64,000 bases of DNA from Amphiscolops sp. MND2022 (Eukaryota): contig OZ076409.1 in NCBI GenBank assembly GCA_964187785.1, positions 54,686,001-54,750,000 of the forward strand. The letters are read 5' to 3'. Every line of letters starts with the position of its first letter. Position 1 is the first letter of the stretch. The position numbers and the translations under genes are program-made. Shown piece after piece: positions 1 to 13,304 of this stretch. A model generated the notes under the pieces. That model did no database searches and was not told the origin of the DNA. It saw only the letters and a program-made list of their open reading frames with translations.

Positions 1-3000
1 TTTGCTGAAGAACTTCAAAATCGGACAAAACTCCCTATTGACAAAACGAAACAAAATAGTATGCAATCCTACCTTAAATATAAGGAGTATTAAGACCGCA
101 AAGCGAGAGTGGCTCCACTCGAGGAGAACGAATATTATTTTGTTTCACAGCCGAGAGCTGATCACCAAGGGTGAAAAATCCCACTTAGGGATTACCGTTG
201 GGTTAGACCATTTGTAGTGCAAAAATATTAACTAACGAAAATTAAATAGTACGCCGACTCGAAACAGCAAATCATCGATACTCCAATGTACTTGAGCCAA
301 TCCTGAATCCGACTGAAATAACCATTCTGTCCAATGATGGAAACCTAATTAGGACAAACTCCCTACTGTATCCTGAGAACGCAGTCACCGGCATGCTTCA
401 ACTAAGTGACCTTCTACAAGAACCAGGGGACCTTACCTTTTGCCCTGCACAAGTCACATTGCCTGAAGGCAATATTCAAATACCAGTGAATAATTTCATA
501 GATCACCCCTTTAAACTCAAGAAGGGACTTCTTATTGCTACCTTCTCAGTCATGACACCGGAACAGATGAAATATGTCAAACCGGTCGATCCAGTGTCAA
601 CCTGGCATTTATTACAAAATGACCAGGAGCAAGCAGCCCTTTGTGTTAGCAGTCTTATCAAGACAAACAAAAATCCGCAAACTCTGAAATCTATTTGTTT
701 CCTACCCCAGAGAGTCCTGAAAACCCTGAAGAACACACGCCTATCCAAAAAAGAATCTTACGTGAATTGCAGGCATTAAAAGACCTGGAGATCCTTGATC
801 CCACAATGGACGAGGAATCCAGGGCAAAGTTCCAAGAAGACTTCGACTGGAAAGATTCCACTGTTGCGCCAGAAGAAATAGCGAAGTTTGAAGAATCACC
901 TGTGGAGTTCCATGATATCTTTGCAAGACGCTGATTTGACATCGGGATGATTGAAGATTTCAAAGTGAAACTGACTCCTAAGAACGATGCCCCAGCTTAC
1001 AGTCAAAGTCTTCCAGCACCGATCCACTTGGAAGATGATATTCTCGTTGAACCATGCTAAGAGCGATGCTGCACAGATATGGTCTTATCACATCTTCCGT
1101 TTTCAAACTATGCTAGTCCAATAGTTGCGCAGAAAAAGCCAAATGAGAAACTCCGACAACTGGATGACTTGAATAAAAATCAACATTTCAATTGCGGATG
1201 ATAATTTAAATAATAAACATCCCGTCAGCACCGTAAAGCCGATGCTGCCCAGCACATGGCAGGGAAAAATTCTTTTTTAAACTGAAATGCTCACAAACAT
1301 ATCATTGCCTGCAGATGGCCGACCAACGCTCAAAACAGATGTAGGCCTTCAGATTTGCTAGCCGCACGTTTGCATACAGACGTTTGGCACAAGGCCTTAG
1401 CAGAGCGCTTTCAGCATTTTCAAGCTTGATGAGAGAATACCTTGGCAAAGTCATCATAGCGGACCAATGTGCTCAATATGTGGACGACATCGGCATTGCG
1501 GCCAATGACGCTGACCACCTCATTGCCATCTGACAGCAACTTTGAAATGCATCCAGGAGGCAGGCCTTAAGTTGACAATGCACGAATGTCATTTTGGTGC
1601 AACAGAAATTGACTTCCTCGACTAACCACAAAAGCAAAATGTAGAGATCATCCTCGAGAAGACCAAACTCCCGAAGTCGAAAAAGGCTTTACAACGCTAT
1701 TTGGGATTCTTGAATTACTACCAAAATTATGTCTCAAGACTGTCCGAACGCCTAGCCCCATTCTACAAGATGCTCAAAAGTGACCAAAAGGTCCTAGTAT
1801 CTAAAGAATTGGTTCAACAATTTGAGGAACTTAACAAAACTCTAGACAAATAATGCGATCTAGCTCTGCAGCAGCCTCTTCGTAACAAGCAGGTTCCCGT
1901 AATGACAGCTGCAAGTTTTGCCGCTGCAGGATATGTGGTACTCATAGAAGACGACCCTAACCAGTGAATTGCCTCACTCCGCAAATCTCATATGCACCGG
2001 TCGTCTATGGTTCAAAAACAAGATGTCCATATATGCAAAGGAATTTCTCGCAATTTAGTTCGCATTCAAAGAGTTTGGACAATTTTTTGGGGAGCGCCAA
2101 AACCGGTCATAATCCTCACTGACAACAAAGCCGTAACTCGTTTTTTTTTCAAACGAAAATTGTACCCTCAACCCTGTGGAACACTTGTGACTATGTCATC
2201 CAGTTCAATTTTGTCATTGCCCTCATCCCAGGAGCACAAAATACGGCAGCGGAATACCTATCCCGCCTAGAATCGGATCCAAGACACAAACTAGTCATGA
2301 AGATCCGCGAGGATGTGCAAACTTTACCAATAGAAATCAATGTCCAATCAGCAGAAGTGGCACATGAAGACCAAATTTTCTATACAAACGATGATGATGA
2401 AACTGAAGAACATTGTTGGGCGAGGAAGGAAGCAATTCGAAGAAATCCCGCCACCGCAGAAACAGCAATAAATATTCAGGCAGCTTCTACAAACACGATG
2501 AAACAGCAACCTGAGATACAAACCCGAAACTGGATTGCGGAAAACCAACCAGATCATTATCGAGCAATTTAAAAATGCAGTTTTACAGCAATTGAAGGCA
2601 AAACTCCTTCATGAGCAATATTCAGAAAACGTACTGCAACAAGAAGCTCGATATCGTTACTACGCTAACAATTTAGAACGAATTGTAGTCAAGGAGGATA
2701 TCCTGACTAGGCAAAACTTCGAAGAAACAGGGAACGAAAATTACCATCACATTCTTCTCCCGCAACATTTTCTCCAGGAACTGTTTCAATCCCTTCAGGG
2801 GACAGCCCATAGGCACCCTGGCATATCGAAAATGTTACAGGCGATCAGACAGAAGAATTACTACCCTAACTTGGCTAAATATGTTAAAAGGTGGGTAGAA
2901 GAGTGTGAGCAATGCGCAAAGGACAAGCGAGTCCCTAATGCAACAATCACACCTGAACTACTCAGGTGTCAACGAAGATGTCATGCAAATCGACTTTTTG

Positions 3001-4130
3001 CCGAACCTTCCCACAAGTGGCGTATATGAAAATGTGCTCACTGCGATTGATGTTTTTTCACGCCTATCCTCTTTCGGACGCATCAGCAATCAATGTAGCA
3101 AAAGTTATCATTGATATTATGACCAAACATTCTCATCTACCGACATCACTTATGACGGACAAAGGAACGACATTCACCTCCACGATTAGCGCGGAAATGC
3201 ACAAATTTTGGGTATCACACTAAAATGTGCAACCACCAAGCATCCGCAAACGATCGAGAAACTAGGTCAAACACATGCATCTCTCAAGACAAATCTCAAA
3301 ATGGCATGTGGAGAATATCGCCGACAATGGCATAAATATTTGCCATTAGCTGTTCTGAATCATAATACGAGCTGTCACGCCATTACTGGCTGTGAACCGA
3401 CACGGGTATTCCATGGACGTAATCCATACAAAATTCTGGATCTCAAGCTAAGGAATAACGAGCAAACTTCGCCTACAACTGAATTTGAAGAAGAAATTCA
3501 AAATCGGAAAAAACTCCGTATTGACAAAACGAAACAAAATATTATGCAATCCTACCTTAAATATAAGGAGTATTAAGATTGCAAAGCGAGAGCGGACCCA
3601 CTCAAGGAGAACGAATATTATTTTGTATTACAGCCGAAAGCTGATCACCAAGGGTGAAAAATCCCATTCAGGGATTACCGTTGGGTTAGACCATTTATAG
3701 TGCAAAAAGTTTTACCTAACGAAAACTATATAGTACGCCGATTCATTACGAATAAAACCAAGATATTGCACCGTACGTATTCGACTTGAGAAAGATTATT
3801 TGATGACTTTAACAAAAGAAATTAAACTACTCAAAACGTGAGAAATGAAACTTCTGATTGGCCGGATTCAGCTGTTACCGCAAAAATGAAGAACACCTCT
3901 TGCCGGACTTGTCCAAAGAACAGGAAAACGCTGCAAACTTTCCAGAAGAAAATACAGTTAATGAAAACAATGAACAAGATTCTCCAAACAAAGGGGCTGA
4001 TTTTATTGTGCCCGAAATATCCCAAAATGAAGATAGAAATGAAAGTCTGAGTCCTAGAGCAGGGAGATAGAATCAATAGAATTTCAGACCTAACCCTAAT
4101 ACGAACTACTCAGAAAATTTCAGATACTAA
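1..4130 (+). mobile_element. Decayed Ty3/Gypsy pol region (RT - RNase H - integrase), many stops and frameshifts
   Basis: RT catalytic YVDD at 1477-1488; RNase H motif ILTDNKAVT (~2110); integrase Zn finger HRHPGISKM...CEQC (~2808-2916); integrase core QIDFLP (~2986), TDKGTTF (~3154) and WHKYLPLAVLNHNTS. The RT-RH-INT order and these motifs are typical of Gypsy. Confidence 0.95.
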
Positions 4131-4399
4131 GAATTGAATTGTTCATGAAAACAGGAGTTCTTTTCTTTTTCTTTTGCTTTTGGTCCCTTTCTGATATCTT
4201 TCGAATAATATATGGACAAAGGAGCAAACAATCCCCCTCAAACAAATAAACATAGGGATTGAGGAACGCAACAAAGAATGAATAAACACAAATAGAAACT
4301 TGTATCAAACATATACTACAACATCAAGGAAATAGAAGAAAACAAACTTGGCAGTTTGGAAAGTGTACATAAATACAAATGTACAGACGAGGATTGATA

Positions 4400-5440
4400 G
4401 GATCCTCGAGCAGGACCACTTGTGGCGGAAGAAGATGCTGACCCAGATCCGCCACTTACGGTTGTTTCTTTTTGGACATACTAGGGACAGATAACACAGG
4501 CTTATCAACAGTGACTGAAGTTCTTGCAGCTTCTGTACGATCAACGCGGATTGTGGGCCCAGCGACAAATGCCTTGTAGGACGACAACAAGGATTTATAA
4601 ATTTTAGATCAACCAAAGGTATCGACGAAAGTCTTGTGGTCATTGGCAAAAGCAGACCGGCCGTAATCCGTAGATAAAAAGGAAAACTTGGACAAACTCG
4701 CATCGCTACTGCAGTGAGCAACCGAATCTGTCACTCCGACCATGTAACATTGCCCTTGAAGAATCACATCAGTAAAACGTCCTCAATAGTCCGTTGTGAG
4801 GGCTGGGTGAGTTACAAAGACAGCAAAGCTTGGATAGATACAAGAAGTGTGATCGGCCATGTAAGAAATCGAGGTTCATCAAGAATGCAATTAAGCCTGG
4901 GGAGGACTCTGTCAAGTCAAAATCTGGAAGAAAAACGGTCCGGAGATGGTCTAATAGCTCCAAATACTCACACCGGTAAGCCTCTTCGTCTGCATTATTT
5001 ACACCAAGAGCGCAATAAGGAGGTATATAAAGCTTCGAAAGGGCGGAGGGCAATTTGAGTGGGACGCTTGAAGCGAATAAAAGGATCAAAGGCTGCTAGT
5101 CCTTTACCATTGTTTGCGGTGAGCCCAGATTGACGAAGGATCTCATCGAGCAGGTAGCTGGTATAACGAAGCCAACATTATCAGCCGCCTTTGGATGGTG
5201 GCTTGACTTGCCCCGGTCCCAAAATGGATGCCTTCTGCCTTCTGTTTACTGGCTGAATTGACCTTGTTGGTTAGTTTCTGGTGGATGAATTTCCGTCGGA
5301 CGTCTTGAACTCAAGCAGCAGGAACTAAGCAATCTCAAGAGGCACCGTGTCAGTAGTGAAGCCTTGAAAGCACAATTTGTGAATAAAATGGCAAACTTCT
5401 CCACATGAGTAAAAGAGGCTTCTTGTCTTTGAGGCAAGTT
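4400..5440 (-). pseudogene. Decayed antisense accessory ORF between pol and the polypurine tract of the Gypsy element
   Basis: Relatively GC-rich block with long minus-strand frames, e.g. DASLSKFSFLSTDYGRSAFANDHKTFVDTFG*SKIYKSLLSSYKAFVAGPTIRVDRTEAARTSVTVDKPVLSVPSMSKKKQ (~4700-4460), plus ORFs 4769-5089 and 5246-5437. No recognisable domain. Confidence 0.45.
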
Positions 5441-5661
5441 TACTGAGAAGCTAGGTACATCTACAATGCAAGAGAAATGTCAGGAAACAGACAAGTACTA
5501 GAGAAAATGCAAAAACTCTGAGAGATAGTAAAATCATCGGTAATCAGTCGGAAGAACTCCAATTTAACATAAAAGAATTTGTCTCAGATGAGGGACCACT
5601 CGAAACTCTGGACCTAAATCAAAATGGATCATACTTCGGAATACTCAAAGGCGAGACCTTT

Positions 5662-5673
5662 GGGGGAGGAAAG
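5662..5673 (+). promoter_or_regulatory. Polypurine tract (PPT) of the Gypsy element
   Basis: GGGGGAGGAAAG immediately followed by TG (tgaaaccg, 5674), downstream of pol. Confidence 0.6.
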
Positions 5674-5983
5674 TGAAACCGTCTGTCTGTCGAAGGAATT
5701 AAGATGAAAGGCATATTAAGCAAAACAAAAAAGGATGAGTAGTCTCGACGAGACTAAATGAAAAACGTACTCGGCTGTGGACTCCTTGGCCTTTCTGTCT
5801 AGGGGCGTAATTGGTGAGATGTTGAACAACCTGCTTCCATTGAGAGATCATCTCCCGGCAAAGACTGGGTAATTCGAGCTGCTTAGAAGTTATGGTATGA
5901 ACAGGACAAGTTCCTTCGATTAACAGTTCTTCCTTATCACTACTACCTCTCCCCCCTACCTTTACATCTTATTAGCAAAGGAA

Positions 5984-8491
5984 TCAACTAACGCGGGTGA
6001 GGCATGGGGACTTTATAAACCAAGTTTTGCTAAGGGAACAGCCCAGAGACACCAACAGTTCTCGGAGGACTGAAAAGAAATCGATCCCAAACATGCTGTA
6101 GCTGGGCTTGTGCATCAGAATTGAAAGTTCCAGGCTGTCGAGCCTGGAGCACATCTGGATACCTCGTGTAAGGTACGAACTATAGATGAGTGCCTGGATC
6201 AAGCAGACTGGACACCCTGAGCAAGCAACAATGTCTGTTTGGGTAGAAGTTACAGAGAACAACCTAGCCAAAGAGCCCAGTTTGCCAGCTAGGTCTGCGG
6301 AGGGGAATGCGCTCCGACAAATAAAGACCCGACACAGCTCGTTGTTTTTCCAAAATTGTGCAGACATTATCCTGAAGGCGTTCTTGTCTTCGAATTCAAT
6401 GGAGAAACGCTGCTCGTTAGGAATCTGTTCTGCTACGTCTTCCATGGCTCGGGAAAAACCTGTTAGAAAATGGCCTAAACAGCAATATACACCTTTATGC
6501 GCCGGCAACAATAGCAACTGAAAACCTATGTGTCTGATACTTATTGATAACCTCTCTTCTCCCCAGTCGAAATCGCAGAGTGGAGCCTGGTTTATGGGAA
6601 GGAGCCAAGTCGTGCCCGCAGGTTTCGCAGCAGCAAAAAATTACACTGGTCCTTGATGAAGTCAGCTATAATATACAATTGAGTTCTTGAACGTGATTCG
6701 GGAGTGACCAGGGCAGGAGTATGGCTTTTCATGATATCTTCATAGAAGAAATATCTTTCACCTATGTCAATAAGTTCCGCGTGGATGAACTTTGGCAACT
6801 CGTCAGAAAATTTTAGCTCGTCAAGGATTTTCCCATCTCGTCCTCTGACCCTAAGCTGGACTTTTCCTGTGACGGTATCGACTGTCACAAGGTGTTCATA
6901 ACGCCAAGTTTGATCTCGACGTAAATGCTTCTCACTTCTATGGTAGCGCAGTATTTCCAGTGTTCCTTTGGTCTTTATGGAAAATTTACGCTTGCAAATA
7001 TGGCACCAAACCATATGAGGGTTTTGGACCGGATCAGCAGGACCTGAATTGAAGGACCTTGTCCACCCAATCTTCTTGAAGAATTCCTACCGCATTGGGA
7101 CTCCTCGTTGCGATACTCTTTTGGTCCTCTTCACCTTTTTAGTTCCGGGCTCCTCTTGAGGTCTTTCAGTTCGGGTTTGATCTCGTATTTCAGACAGATT
7201 CACGTCTTGGCTGGTATAGTCTGGAGACTCAGGTTCCTCTGTTTCTTCTGCCGGGAAATGTTGGCCGTTGTGGTTAGCCCTGTTGTGAAGATCTCTTGAA
7301 GGAGGTTGAGATGAGTGCCATCTGCTGTCCCGACACTTTCATCACCACTAGAAACGCCTCCGCTCCTTGTCAGCATGCGTAGAGGCCTCTGATTCGGGAT
7401 CTGAGTCAAAACTGGAATCAGTGTGATTTCCACGCCTCGGGGTTTGAGCCCTGTTTCTCACCTTGAAGTGGTCCGTGCATGATTGCGAGGTAGTAGGGAC
7501 ACGCTTCACAGCGTCCAAGACCATTCGCTTTATGGTATTGTACGTCATACTCATGGTCCCAATAGTTAAGATCTTGAGGAGGTGGTACAATTGAGATTCG
7601 GAGAAAATGACGGTTGGGTACCCGATAGGAAGGCTGACGGCGTCAGTTGTTTCGAAATATTCTTTCAGAAGGGCCATGTTTTTCCGAGAGATTTCATGTA
7701 TTTTAGGTCTGGGGACAGAAGTGCCTGACGTTGATGGTTCATTCAAGCCAGCCTTATAAGGAACGAGTCCCGACTCGTCCCCACTTTCAGTTCCTGACTC
7801 TGCTTGATGAGGAACCCTTGCGTATAAGAAAAGGGTACTAGTTAAGCCCTCATCGGCTCCTGTCGGCTCTCCCTCGCTTGGGTCAGTCATGAACCTGACA
7901 TTACTAGCCCACTCTGTAAGGGAGGGGCATCGCACACGGCGGAGGTCGAGTCATCCTCTGGCTGGGCAAATGAGCTTGTTGCTCCTATGGCGCTGGTACT
8001 GTAAGCTGGTAATAACTTCGGTAATGGGGTTCTGGAGTGTTCTGGAGGAGGACCTTCCGCATGGGGAATATAAAAAACTGGAGTGCTAGTCCTGTTACGT
8101 TGTTCAACCTCAAGGTGAGCGAGTCATGACTCTGAGTTGCCTGGTCGCGCATTGTCTCCAAGATTATCTTCTTCAGACCCCTTCTGTATAGCAGCCGGGG
8201 TTTTTTCCATAATGCTGGCCATCACGTCAGCAAAGGCAGTCACATATTCGTCGCTCTCGACACTAGCTGGAGAAGAGACCGGCAATCGGTTTGACTTGGC
8301 TGCGGGTTGTTGTCTTGACATCTTAGCAGCAGGATCATTAAGCGGGGAAAAGGAGGCGAAGAAGAGACCTTAGGTCGTACTGATAGTCCACTGCTCGGGC
8401 TTGGATCTGGTGTCCCTAGATTCGTTGCGCTCTTTTTATCTAAACGGAAGGGAATGAAATTTGGCGATGTGCTTCCTTGAAAGAAATCCAT
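5984..8491 (-). pseudogene. Frameshifted cargo gene with BED-like zinc finger and partial hAT-transposase-like segment
   Basis: Consecutive minus-strand ORFs 8491-8240, 8321-8124, 7935-7348, 7433-7200, 7014-6592 and 6517-5984. They give a Ser/Pro-rich N-terminus, then FKKIGW...WCHICKRKFSIKTKGTLEILRYHRSEKH (BED/hAT-type finger), then QRFSIEFED...AQFWK...CRVF, resembling the first strand of the hAT RNase-H fold. Confidence 0.55.
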
Positions 8492-8883
8492 TTTAACGCA
8501 TTTGAAACCTTCCGGAAGTGTCTTTCAACTCAATCAAAACGTGTTGACACGTGAAACTTGGTTATCTGTTAATTGCTTTCAAGCGAGCTGTTAAATACCC
8601 TCTTGAGTCACATTTGACAATAACAACTCGATAACCCCTTACACCTCTCTTGAAGTGGGTGTTGATAACGGATAACTAATTGATATTCAAAGGAGGCCGA
8701 CATTGGATGTAAACTCCTTTGCGAAAGTTTAGGCTTACTCGGGGCAATTTACTAAGTGGTAAACCGACAAAACGAAATTGCCGGGAAAAGGCTTGATTCA
8801 GAAATTTCAGAAACTTTTTCTGTCTAAAATTTTCGCCTAACCTAGTCGCTCCTTGAAGTTTCGAAAATTACAAGAAAAGCATA

Positions 8884-9674
8884 ATGCAAAGATACAATTT
8901 GTCCAAAAGACTTTTCGACGCGGATGACTTGGACTCCGATCTATCTAGTGAGTCCGTAATTTACATCACAAGCGATGAGAGCAGAGAAGTGTTTGATGAG
9001 TGGGAATCTGACTGTTCAACAGACACTGAACAATTGATCGAGACAATTGAAAGAGAAGTCTGTGCAAGCCCCGTGTTGTTTGGCGGCAGAGCAATGACAG
9101 TTGAAGGTGAAGACGAAGAGAAGGTAGCTGGCCCAAGCACCGGTCAGACGCACAAACTGGTCACTCACAAATTGGGATCAGAATATTTTGACGCAAGACA
9201 ATGCCACGCTCCCAAAAAGAAAGTTCTCTACAGAGATTTCAACTGTGCAAAACCATCATCACAGTAGCTGATTCACCTATGTCATTTCCCCCTCATGAGA
9301 TGGGCCCGCCGATGGAAACTCCTATGAATCTGGACGTAAATTCAAGCTGTAGAGACAGTTATCACATACCGAATACAGGGCCTTACCAATACGTGAGCCA
9401 GACACTTTACACGGGGTTTTTAGTTTGTGGTCGTTCAGCCGATGCTATCAAGAAAGAAAAGGTAGATACATACATGAGGCGATCGACGCCCAGAAACGAG
9501 CCGGATCAAGTGACGAAACTCAGAAGGGAAGCCTATGAAAACGGTCGGAACGCAGGCGTGTTTCCCTTATTAACACCAGCTGTGTCGCAGGCTGCCGCCT
9601 GTGATGGCACAAGAATAACAACAACAGCAGCAGATGATCAGGAAATAGCGCCCGGAACCGTCCCCATTTATTGA
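8884..9674 (+). pseudogene. Frameshifted cargo ORF of unknown function, divergent from the BED-finger gene
   Basis: ATG at 8884; overlapping ORFs 8884-9267 and 9201-9674 with an acidic N-terminus; two AATAAA signals directly after the stop (~9676-9692). Confidence 0.5.
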
Positions 9675-10937
9675 AATAAAAAACTAATAAACATTTTTAG
9701 TCAGTGAATTGTACTTATTAGGATATTTTAGAAACATTGTTGCTCTCGTTATTTTATTAGTCTGTTAACCGTTGGTAATGATCAAGTTGATTGTAAAGCT
9801 TTTGCAAAATTGGCAAATGTAATCTGAGATAAGCAAGCTAAGCAGCAGAAAGGAAACGTGTTCAAGTGTGGAAACGTCCTATCTCGGCAACGCTGCTTGC
9901 TGGTGACAATTCAGCCAATCATGGTGCAGTGATCTAATGCTATTAATACGAGCCGATTAAGCCCAAGTGACTAAACAAAGCTGACAAGTGAAAGAATGCC
10001 AGTCAAGTGGCCGGTCCCGGCAATCTATTACTTTAATTACGTGTAGTGCGCTACTTTACTGATAATAGTAAATAGGCCTGTCTAAAGAGTACCCAAGTTG
10101 TTTTTTCTGTCTATTACAGTAAATAATGACTTTCAAGAAGTAACGATTTGTTATTCGGAGATGCTATTTTTCATGTGCCGGTCCTTCGACCGAATGTGAT
10201 AGAAGCAATGTTCATTTTGGACAAAACCCTTCGCAAGCTGAGTTGATATTAAAATCAGAACATGGAAATCAGTGCAATACTTAACCAGATGTACAATGGT
10301 TTACGTGCTCAAGTATGTTGTTTGATAAGTTGATACATATTTCTAATACCGTTATTATATTGAAGGTATTGGAATTTGTTGATGTCACTACTTAGCTGAT
10401 GTATTTTCCTTTAGGCCTGATTAGTATAAATTCCTAAGGTGCTTTGATAATGTTGACACCGCCATTAGAGTATAATGTTAATAGCAGTTGCTCACCTTAG
10501 TCATGTTCTCTTTTGGGACTTTGTTGTTTAAAATCATACGTCATTCTGTTTGATAAAACACAATTGGAATGTTGTTTTTTCTATTCAGTAATATAAAAAA
10601 TGTGAATGTCACCCTCTCCGGAGTATATACACCCTAACTTTTCCTGAGAGAGATACAATTTGTTCAGTTCTACTACCATTCACACACCTTGAAAGTATCC
10701 AAACCTGATTTCCTGATAACATATTACACTCAGGTTTTCTTGATACCTAGTACTAGAAAACAGAAGAAAGCTAGAAAATCTAGAGGAACAGAAATGTTAT
10801 CAGACATAAAAAATCTAGATATTATGTTGGGAGGCAATAACCTTAAAGGGAAGGAAGTGAGTTTAGTGGCTCCATTAGGAGACCTGATAGTCCAAATTTC
10901 AATGAACTAGAAAATATTGAAGAGGACAGGTACCCTA

Positions 10938-11799
10938 TGTAACGGCTGCTTGATCCCTTTGATGTAACTGCAGTTGACCAAACTTTACGCCGCCCTGAAT
11001 TCGGTGCTCGGCACTGCGGATCGTTACCGAACACTGCTTGCTTCTTAGATTAAAAGGACTGTATCTTGACTTAGTAGGATCCAGTGATCCCGAATTGCAC
11101 TCCTTCCTTGTCTCTTAACACGTCCAACTCTCCACAAGTTGAGAGTAACTAACTTAGTCGCCCTAAGTCTTTGGCGAAAAGTCGAAAAGAGGTGAAGAAA
11201 TGAATTGAGAATATATGTGGTCCTGAGACCCGACTTTAATACAACTTTCCGATCAATTTGTTACTATCTAACAATGGTATACATATCGTTCACAATTCTA
11301 CGGTAAATATAAGTCAAAATATGAAGTATAAATAAATGACATTTAAGTGAATTATTAAAGTTATTGGCTATGTAAACGAACCATAGTGTGAGTATAGCAT
11401 GTTGGTTAGGTGGGTTTTAAAGCATGTTTACACAATGCAAATATCATCAATTTCAACAGCGTTACATTCTAATGTGGTCATATAGGTAAATAGCAATGTT
11501 TACAATATTGGCATAATGACCTTGAATATCACACATGTGAGAGGTAAAGGGGGTTATAATGAGGGAATGACCTTGAAATTTGGCCGGTGTGTGCGTGTTA
11601 GGTACCTGCATCTGTGTACCAAGTTTCAAGGCTCAATGACTAACAGTCTTCGAGAAAACCCATTTGGGGGGGTTTCAAAGATTTGTGATGATTGGATTTT
11701 CTTCAAATTTTCATCTAAGTTTTAAGAGTTTAAGTTCTTGTATCTCAACCAACATGTACTGAATCGAGTTTCTCTGCCTTCTGATGACTGGCGCCAACA
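10938..11799 (-). repeat. 3' LTR (862 bp) of the BEL/Pao-type element
   Basis: TGTAACGG...GCCAACA; about 98% identical to 16179-17028 (about 16 substitutions plus an 11-bp and a 1-bp indel, by eye). Confidence 0.97.
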
Positions 11800-11854
11800 T
11801 TGCCGGCCCGGTTTTTCTACCGAAAAACACTTTCATAGAACAAGGGTGCCAGTT

Positions 11855-13239
11855 TCACCACTGATCTTTTAGGTTTGCCATCTTTGTCGTGCGCTTTCGG
11901 AAAACTTCTAATTTGTTTTCATGCTTGTCAGTTCTTTGCTGTGTTCTTTCTATACTGCAATGATTCTCCAGCCCATATACCAGTTCGTTGACCATAGGGT
12001 TGTTTTCCACAGATTCACATAACACAACAGAAAAATTCCTTAAAACCTTTTTCCCTTTCGGAGTCACAGTTTTCCCAGTTATAACAAATTTCATCATCCA
12101 CATCTGATATTCATTGAGTTCAACCGATTGCGTTTCCTTTGAACCTTCAAAAGCCATGATACAAAAATGCTTCTGCTTATTTAACTAGACTTCCATAATT
12201 ACTTCAACATCCGAAGAATAGATTTCCAAATAAGTCGAAAATGTCTCCAGACAGTTTCCCAAGATTTGCTCTGCTACATATTTCCTCATCAAAGTTGACT
12301 GACCGCGGGGAAGGTGGTATGTCAAACTGAGTTCGTTCTCTAATGGTTCCATACTCAAGCTTTCAATTTGGCGTTCGTGAGAGATTATTGAATTATCCAT
12401 CATCATCATCATCAGTAGATAGAGAGAATTTCCAACATTACGGCGACTGGAGTTTTTTCTTTTGTGTTCAATGCTCTCTTTGCACCCAATAGGAGAGATT
12501 TGAGTTGTGAACTCAGTCGCTGCGCTGCATTTTGCTTTTTCTTTTCTAGCAGGTCGTTTTTCGCAGCTACATCCCAGTTTTCTCCTAGAAACTGCAATGC
12601 TGTGGAGTTTGGCTTTCGCTCCTGTTTGTAGAGCGTCACCGAGCTTCTCTCACCACAAAACTCCAATTTCGTTTCATCTGGGTTTCTTACAGGCTCCCAT
12701 TGATCATGAGAAACTTCCAATTTACCAAAACGCCCATACTGAATCCACATTGCCTTGAACGGTGCAGCCGGCCCATTGCAAGACCCGTTGCTCCAACCTG
12801 TTGCTGTTGGGACTTTCAAAGAACATATTTGCATTCTGGTCACTGATAGCTTGTCTCTCAAATCATGTAGACAAAGTGGTTCATCTTGCGGTGTTCCATT
12901 CACGTTCAACTGAGCTCCTTCCGCCATTCCATGAATCAAGTTTGAGAGAGGTTCAATCTTCCAAGTTCTTTTCTTCGGTCGCTTGCCGTGGCCTTTGCTC
13001 AATTGAGTTTTATCAATGCCATTAGCCTGTGACACTGCGTCCATCCCAGAGTTTCCATTACCAGTGCAATGGTTCCATACATTTCTTTGACTCGGGATAG
13101 TTTCTTCAACAAGGTTTACTTCGAAGTCAAAGTCTGATTTCCTCTCGAAGGTTGCATTCATGGTTAGTTTATCATCTCTGGCATTGCCTTCCACGGGTTT
13201 GTCGTGCGTCACTACACCGTGGCATAGCTTTCTATACAT
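11855..13239 (-). pseudogene. Downstream gag/protease-derived ORFs of the BEL/Pao-type element (275, 75 and 100 aa)
   Basis: ORFs 12412-13239, 12185-12412 and 11855-12157 continue on the same strand up to the 3' LTR; no catalytic motif is intact. Confidence 0.5.
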
Positions 13240-13304
13240 GACTATTTCATTCCAATTGTCTTACAGTGCAAATTGCTGCTCATTCACAAAACCATAACTT
13301 GTGA

